Shown: piece after piece, positions 27,395 to 32,000 of the stretch
Layout: each line of letters starts with the position of its first letter
Position numbering within the stretch: position 1 is the first letter of the stretch
Source of the DNA: Candidatus Syntropharchaeum caldarium
Lineage (GTDB): Archaea; Halobacteriota; Syntropharchaeia; Syntropharchaeales; Syntropharchaeaceae
Direction: 5' to 3'
DNA length: 32,000 nucleotides
Assembly: GCA_001766815.1 (NCBI GenBank)
Contig: LYOS01000005.1
Coordinates: forward strand, 44,168-76,167
Translations under genes and position numbers: made by a program
The notes under the pieces: model-generated
Databases searched by the model: none
What the model saw: only the letters and a program-made list of their open reading frames with translations
Told to the model about the DNA's origin: nothing

Positions 27395-28801
27395 ATGAAG
27401 TTATCAAGTCCACTCGAGGTCTATGACTATCTCCCAAAGACCAACTGCGGTGAGTGCGGTGAAGCAACGTGCATGGCGTTTGCTGCAAAACTCATCGAGC
27501 GGCAAGATAAGCTCGAAAAATGCAAGCCGATACTTGAGGATAAGTTCAGGAAGAAGTACGAGGAGCTTTCAGAGCTTTTAGCACCAGAGATAAAGGAGAT
27601 TGTACTTGGCGTTGGTGAGCGCGCGATAAAGATCGGTGGCGAGGATGTGATGCACCGTCACCAGCTGACATTCTTCAATGAGACTGCACTCATCTATGAC
27701 GTCTGGGATACGATGGATGAAGCCGATCTTGTTGCAAGGGTGAAGGCGATCACAGACTGGCAGAAGTTCTATGTAGGGGACTTTTTGAGGCTCCATGGTA
27801 TCGCAGTGAGGTCGGCGTCTAACGATCCAGCAAAATTTGGAGCATGTGTCAAGAAGGTTCTTGAGACAACACCTCTCCCGCTTGTTCTCTGCTCATTTGA
27901 TCCAAAGGTTCTGGAGGCAGGGCTTGAGGTTGCAGCCGATAAGAATCCACTCATCTATGCAGCAAACAAGGACAACTGGAAGGATGTTGCAAAACTTGTA
28001 AAGAAGTACAACGTTGCCGTCACGCTCTACGCACCCGCTGACCTTGATCTCCTGAAGTCAATGGCGGTATCATTTGAGAAGATGGGAATCAGTGACCTGG
28101 TGCTTGATCCAGGGACATATCCGACAGGGAAGGATCTTGAGCAGACACTCCAGCGATTTCTCCAGATAAGGCGTGCGGGGATCGTTGAAGGTCAGAAAGA
28201 TATCGCATACCCGCTCATGTCGGTCCCATTAACGACATGGATGGTATATGATGACCCTGTCGATGCAACTTACTGGGAGACTGTGCTGGCAGATGTCTTC
28301 ACGATCAGGTATGCTGACATCATGATCCTCCACTCGATCGAGCCGTACGCCGTGATGATCCAGCGAACGCTTGTTGATAACATCTATGTCGATCCAAGAA
28401 GACCTGTACAGGTTGATCCAGGCGTAAAAGTTGTTGGAAATCCGACAGAGGAGTCGCCGGTCTTTATGACAACGAACTTCGCACTGACGTACTACACGGT
28501 GGAGAGCGATGTTGCATCCAACAACATCGACTGTTACATCCTTGTGGTTGATACCGATGGTATCGGTGTTGAGGCAGCACTTGCAGGTGGACAACTGACA
28601 TCCTCGAAGGTCAAGGAGACTATGGAGAAGGCGGATATTAACCTTGAGGAGGCGGTGACACACAAGACCCTGATCATACCGGGACTTACGGCAAGAATAT
28701 CCGGCGAGCTTGAGGATACGCTTGGCTGGAATATCCTCGTGGGTCCAGGCGACTCAGGACGTATACCCGGATTTTTGGAAGAGAAGTGGCCCCCCAAGTA
28801 G
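27395..28801 (+). CDS. cdhE: ACDS gamma subunit (corrinoid/Fe-S protein large subunit CdhE)
   Basis: 468 aa. The N-terminal [4Fe-4S] motif is LPKTNCGECGEATCMAFAAKL...C, followed by a TIM-barrel and corrinoid-binding body. It is the last gene of the cdhABC-cooC-DE order. Confidence 0.93.
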   Translation: MKLSSPLEVYDYLPKTNCGECGEATCMAFAAKLIERQDKLEKCKPILEDKFRKKYEELSELLAPEIKEIVLGVGERAIKIGGEDVMHRHQLTFFNETALIYDVWDTMDEADLVARVKAITDWQKFYVGDFLRLHGIAVRSASNDPAKFGACVKKVLETTPLPLVLCSFDPKVLEAGLEVAADKNPLIYAANKDNWKDVAKLVKKYNVAVTLYAPADLDLLKSMAVSFEKMGISDLVLDPGTYPTGKDLEQTLQRFLQIRRAGIVEGQKDIAYPLMSVPLTTWMVYDDPVDATYWETVLADVFTIRYADIMILHSIEPYAVMIQRTLVDNIYVDPRRPVQVDPGVKVVGNPTEESPVFMTTNFALTYYTVESDVASNNIDCYILVVDTDGIGVEAALAGGQLTSSKVKETMEKADINLEEAVTHKTLIIPGLTARISGELEDTLGWNILVGPGDSGRIPGFLEEKWPPK

Positions 28802-28805
28802 GGGG

Positions 28806-28816
28806 TTTGTTTTTTT
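28806..28816 (+). terminator. Oligo-T archaeal terminator after cdhE
   Basis: TTTGTTTTTTT starts 5 nt after the cdhE TAG stop. Oligo-T runs are the standard archaeal intrinsic termination signal. Confidence 0.55.
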
Positions 28817-28897
28817 ACTCGTATTTTATATATACTCGATTACTTCTCAGCATGGTGACTGTATCGTTGCGGTCTGAGACCGGGGAAGGGTGAGATC

Positions 28898-29244
28898 ATG
28901 AGCCACTGGCTATGCATCCTTAACCGGGAGAACTTTGAGGTTGTCAGGGGCAAGATGATATGGGTAGGCTTTCCGAAAGCCCACACGGTATGAACTTTTA
29001 CAAAGTTCATCCTCAAATGTCCAGCATTCCGCTACGCTCCAGCTGGACTTCCAGCCTTCGGCTGGGGTTCTCGCTCGAAGAGCGTAGTCCTACCGCAGGT
29101 AGGACATGGGTGTATGAGGCGTGCTTTACGCCTCATTACAAACAAGAAGAAATGGAGCGAGCATTTAGTCGGGAAGGCGATGGGGGAGATTTCTGAGCGG
29201 GATTATGAGGTGATGAGGGGGTGGGTGGAAGGGGAAAGCTTTTA
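28898..29244 (+). pseudogene. Decayed EVE/PUA-like (UPF0310-type) small gene: N-terminal and C-terminal fragments only
   Basis: The ATG at 28898 gives MSHWLCILNRENFEVVRGKMIW, the characteristic start of small archaeal EVE/UPF0310-like proteins as I recall them, and then stops at 28991-28993. A different frame at 29160-29244 reads [28 protein letters not shown], which looks like the matching C-terminus. The middle of the gene is replaced by a hairpin-rich segment. An upstream TATA-like TTTATATA lies at about 28826. Confidence 0.45.
28967..29136. repeat. Cluster of perfect short palindromes/hairpins (candidate structured ncRNA or MITE-like insert)
   Basis: Five perfect stems each have a 3-nt loop: 28967-28981 (6 bp), 28990-29010 (9 bp), 29051-29065 (6 bp), 29087-29105 (8 bp) and 29114-29136 (9-10 bp). 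A long-range pairing joins CTACGCTC (29032-29039) to GAGCGTAG (29080-29087). TCCAGCTGGA at 29038-29047 is a palindrome. A similar 5-bp triloop hairpin lies at 28870-28882. Confidence 0.5.
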
Positions 29245-29247
29245 AAA
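29240..29247 (+). promoter_or_regulatory. Putative TATA box driving a leaderless AbrB-AAA-S8 transcript
   Basis: TTTTAAAA is preceded by a purine-rich GGGGAAAG (BRE-like). It is centred about 27 nt upstream of the ATG at 29271, and no Shine-Dalgarno lies in between. This geometry is expected for leaderless archaeal mRNAs. Confidence 0.45.
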
Positions 29248-29270
29248 TCATTCAATTCCATTCATACCAT

Positions 29271-29546
29271 ATGGTAGGAATAAGAACTGTCGGCAAAAAA
29301 GGACAGGTTACAATACCCAAGGAAATTAGAGAGAAGTTTGGGTTGAAAGAAGGCTCAAAGGTCAGTTTTGAGGTTAAAGAGGATGAGATAGTGATTAAAC
29401 CTGAGAAATCTGGGAAAGATTTTGTTGAAGAATGGTGCTCCATTGTTAAAAAGAAGCTGGACAAACCGATCGATTTGAGAAGGCTGAAAGAAGAGTACTA
29501 CGAGGAGCAGGTGGAAAAGTTTTACTATCATGTGAACTGTAAATGA
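29271..29546 (+). CDS. AbrB/SpoVT (MazE/VapB-like) swapped-hairpin DNA-binding protein with a C-terminal extension
   Basis: The N-terminus VGKKGQVTIPKEIREKFGLKEGSKVSFEVKEDEIVIKPE is the canonical SpoVT/AbrB domain. It is followed by a charged helical tail of about 45 aa. Confidence 0.8.
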   Translation: MVGIRTVGKKGQVTIPKEIREKFGLKEGSKVSFEVKEDEIVIKPEKSGKDFVEEWCSIVKKKLDKPIDLRRLKEEYYEEQVEKFYYHVNCK

Positions 29547-29558
29547 AATGAGGTTATA

Positions 29559-30563
29559 ATGAACAGCGCGGAGGCGTACAGGAAACTATTCGCAGCATTT
29601 GCAAGCGGAGCAAGAGATGAGTTTTTTAAAGTAGCTCAAGAAATAATTGAGGATGAGGAGCGAAAACATAATAATAAACTTGCTAAAGATTTGTGTCGTA
29701 TTTTATACAACGGAAATAAAACTAAAAACTATTCAGAACGATATAAAAAAGCATTGCAAATTCCACGGGATGCAGAGAGGGGGCTGCCACTGGTGGAAAT
29801 AAAAGAATGTAAAAAGGACTGGTCTGAGATAGTAGTAGAAGAAAACATAGAAAATACTCTCAGAAGAATAATTTTAGAAAATCAAAAAAGGGAGGTTCTT
29901 GAAGTTAGTGGGCTGAAACCTAAGATGAAATTACTATTCTTTGGTCCACCAGGATGTGGTAAAACTCTTGCTGCGGAGGTATTAAGTACGGTACTTAGCT
30001 GGCCGATGGCTTATGTTAAGTTTGACGGGTTAATCTCTTCTTATCTGGGCGAAACTGCATCAAACATGAGAAAAATATTTGATTTTATAGAGCGGGGGCA
30101 GTGGGTCGTCTTTTTTGATGAGTTTGATGCCATTGGAAAGGAGAGAGATAGCCCGTTTGAACATGGAGAGATGAAGAGGGTTGTTAATAGTTTCCTTCAG
30201 ATGCTGGATAATTTTAAGGGCGAATCCATTATAATTGCTGCAACAAATCATCAACACCTTTTAGATCCTGCTTTATGGAGAAGATTTGACGAACTTATTT
30301 ATTTTGGCTTTCCAGATAAGAAGAGGAGGGTTGAAATTTTCAAAAAATATCTAAGAGGAATAAGAACGATAAAGGTGGATTTAGAGTATTTTGCAGAAAA
30401 AACAGATGGTATGAGTCCAGCAGACATAGAAACAATCTGTTTGAATGCAATAAAAGAGGTAATACTCTCGGATAAGAAGTCTCTAACAAAGGCCGTGCTG
30501 GATGAATATGTTGAGAAGCAAAGAGAACGAATTGAGATTAGAAATAAAGCCATGAGGGGGTGA
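29559..30563 (+). CDS. Classical-clade AAA ATPase with a helical N-terminal domain of about 110 aa (IetA-like)
   Basis: Walker A is FFGPPGCGKT (nt 29943-29966). Walker B is VVFFDEFDAIG, sensor-1 is AATNHQ, and the SRH/arginine fingers are LLDPALWRRFDE. A GAGGT Shine-Dalgarno lies upstream, and the gene starts 12 nt after the AbrB gene. Confidence 0.85.
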   Translation: MNSAEAYRKLFAAFASGARDEFFKVAQEIIEDEERKHNNKLAKDLCRILYNGNKTKNYSERYKKALQIPRDAERGLPLVEIKECKKDWSEIVVEENIENTLRRIILENQKREVLEVSGLKPKMKLLFFGPPGCGKTLAAEVLSTVLSWPMAYVKFDGLISSYLGETASNMRKIFDFIERGQWVVFFDEFDAIGKERDSPFEHGEMKRVVNSFLQMLDNFKGESIIIAATNHQHLLDPALWRRFDELIYFGFPDKKRRVEIFKKYLRGIRTIKVDLEYFAEKTDGMSPADIETICLNAIKEVILSDKKSLTKAVLDEYVEKQRERIEIRNKAMRG

Positions 30564-30568
30564 ATGGA

Positions 30569-32000
30569 ATGGCTGAGAGATTACCTCACTTGCCCTTGCC
30601 TGTGGTAATGGAGGGTTTGCCAAGAAAGAAAAGGAAAGCATACCCAAAGCCAAGGAAAGTAAGGAGCGATGCTGAAAGAAAAACATTTGGTAAGAAAGCA
30701 TTGGATGAAAGTGAAAAAATTATTGAAGATTTTTCAAAATGGAAAAGCAAATATGGAGATAAAATTGATCCCAAGTTAATCTTTAAGATAGAGGCAAATT
30801 CACCAATCAACGAGAATGATCTTGGTAGAATGGGGCTTAAAATTCTTGGCGTGGATTATAAAGACGCTGTTGTAGTATTTGCTGATGATGAGCATTTGAC
30901 TGCGTTTAAAAGAATGATAGAAGAATACGCTAATGAAATACCGCCCGACCAAGAAAATGCAAAACACGCATTCATCCATGCCTTCGAAGATATTCGCAAA
31001 ATAGCTCCTGGTGAAAAGATAGGGGTTAGATTAAGGAAAGAACCACTAAAAGATGAAGATATCGCTATACTGGATATTGAATTGTGGCATTTGGGTAGAG
31101 AGTATCGAGAACAGATGCTCTCATGGAAAGATGGAATAGATAGAATATTAAAGGAGAATGGCGGAGAAGTTACGGATTTCTATCTAGGACGAGCATTGTT
31201 TATTATACGGGCAAAAGTTCCATCAACTTTATTATATGATATTCTTAACCTGCCCCAAGTAGCAAGGGTAGATAGACCTCCTAAGACCACTTTAGACTTG
31301 GCGAAAATTAAGGGAATTTCTCTAGATGAAATTGGTGAGATTCCATCTCCAGAGGATGATGCTCCTGGCATCCTAATTGTTGACTCTGGAATAACGAGCG
31401 GGCACCCACTTTTAAAGAGTGCAATAGGTGATGCTCAATCATATCTGGATGGGAAATCCCCGGTTGATGAGAATAGCCACGGTACTGCTGTCGCTGGTGT
31501 TGCCTTGTATGGTGATTTGCGAGAATATATTAAGGAGAAGAAATTCAATCCAGAACTTTGGATATACTCTGCTCGGGTGTGTGATGAGAATGGCGAGTAC
31601 GATAAAGAAAAACTTCCCGAAACGCAGCTAGATGAGGCGATAAAGTATTTTGTTGAACATTATGAGAACATTAGAGTTGTAAACTTATCCATAGGTGATC
31701 CTGAAAAGATATATCACCCAGAAGATTATCAGTACCGATTGGCAGCGGTTATTGATGAGCTTGCGCTTGAGTACGGAGACAACAACATTCTATTTGTTGT
31801 TTCTGCTGGAAATTATGAGGACAGTAGGACGGGGGTGGAGTATCTCGATGAAGAAACTGCAAGTAGGTACCCGGCTTATTTGCTGGATGATCCGAATGCT
31901 AAGGTAATTGATCCTGCGACTTCTGCGCTTGCTCTCACGGTTGGTTCTCTGAGTTTGGAACAGGGATCTGCTAATAGGTGGTTTGCCTCGCCTTTGGCTG
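30569..32000 (+). CDS. S8 (subtilisin-like) serine peptidase with an N-terminal region of about 270 aa and no signal peptide (IetS-like); 3' end beyond the window
   Basis: This ORF is not in the ORF track because no stop is reached. My translation from the ATG at 30569 is MAERLPHLPLPVVMEGLPRKKRKAYPKPRK.... The catalytic Asp is in ILIVDSGITSGHPLL (D272, nt 31382-31384). The His is in ENSHGTAVAGV (H304). The oxyanion Asn is in VVSAGNY (N415). The catalytic Ser lies beyond the window. A GGGGGTGA Shine-Dalgarno lies upstream, and the gene starts 5 nt after the AAA stop. Confidence 0.8.
   Translation, partial: MAERLPHLPLPVVMEGLPRKKRKAYPKPRKVRSDAERKTFGKKALDESEKIIEDFSKWKSKYGDKIDPKLIFKIEANSPINENDLGRMGLKILGVDYKDAVVVFADDEHLTAFKRMIEEYANEIPPDQENAKHAFIHAFEDIRKIAPGEKIGVRLRKEPLKDEDIAILDIELWHLGREYREQMLSWKDGIDRILKENGGEVTDFYLGRALFIIRAKVPSTLLYDILNLPQVARVDRPPKTTLDLAKIKGISLDEIGEIPSPEDDAPGILIVDSGITSGHPLLKSAIGDAQSYLDGKSPVDENSHGTAVAGVALYGDLREYIKEKKFNPELWIYSARVCDENGEYDKEKLPETQLDEAIKYFVEHYENIRVVNLSIGDPEKIYHPEDYQYRLAAVIDELALEYGDNNILFVVSAGNYEDSRTGVEYLDEETASRYPAYLLDDPNAKVIDPATSALALTVGSLSLEQGSANRWFASPLA

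Noticed and set aside
28960-29140. Hairpin cluster as a tRNA, SRP RNA, RNase P RNA, group II intron domain V or CRISPR array
   Set aside because: There is no cloverleaf with a T-loop GTTCRA motif and no GAGGAAAGTCC-type RNase P core. There is no domain V consensus and no reverse transcriptase ORF. The stems are all different sequences rather than direct repeats with spacers.
28960-29196. 78-aa ORF spanning the hairpin cluster
   Set aside because: It is read straight through a series of perfect palindromes. It has no Shine-Dalgarno and begins inside the truncated EVE-like frame. The palindromic DNA is a better explanation than a protein, although a micro-protein cannot be strictly excluded.
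29193-29215. Possible C/D-box sRNA (a CTGA at 29193 and a GTGATGA at 29209)
   Set aside because: The boxes are in the wrong order and spacing. No second C'/D' pair or terminal D box lies downstream, and there is no terminal stem. They are chance occurrences inside the gene remnant.

Overview
This window looks like a chromosomal segment from a euryarchaeon. It is most likely a methanogen or ANME-type member of the Methanosarcinales-like lineages, but that assignment is low confidence and rests only on gene content. Supporting content is a complete cdhABC-cooC-cdhDE acetyl-CoA decarbonylase/synthase operon, an LSm-L37e pair, Hef, an archaeal-type 5S rRNA, and TATA-box promoters with leaderless starts.

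Bases 1-28800 are mostly housekeeping or core genes:
- a HerA-like ATPase, cut by the window edge
- cobS, a TRAM protein, hef, and an aspartase/fumarase-family lyase
- two CARDB-type surface proteins
- cbiF and a B12-binding radical SAM protein
- a translationally coupled operon of CARDB protein, GbsR-like regulator and two half-size RND/MMPL genes
- an HtpX protease, an AOR-family oxidoreductase and chorismate mutase
- a secreted HExxH protein, rpl37e (missing from the ORF track), LSm, and a stand-alone 5S rRNA
- a MinD/ferredoxin ATPase, followed by the ACDS operon

Immediately after cdhE the character changes. There is a decayed EVE/PUA-like gene whose middle is replaced by a dense cluster of perfect triloop hairpins. 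After it comes a clearly more AT-rich three-gene operon: an AbrB/SpoVT-fold protein, a classical AAA ATPase, and a signal-peptide-less S8 subtilase that runs off the window and is also absent from the ORF track.

The AAA + S8 pair matches the architecture of the mechanistically unexplained IetAS anti-phage system, here in an archaeon with an extra AbrB gene. This is the strongest candidate for a novel system. Other points worth a second look:
- a free-standing diverged copy of the CdhD N-terminal domain inside the cdh operon
- a Cys-rich N-terminus on CdhB
- a canonical EF-hand loop in HtpX
- the split RND pair

All calls come from reading the sequence and translations by eye. No database or HMM search was possible.
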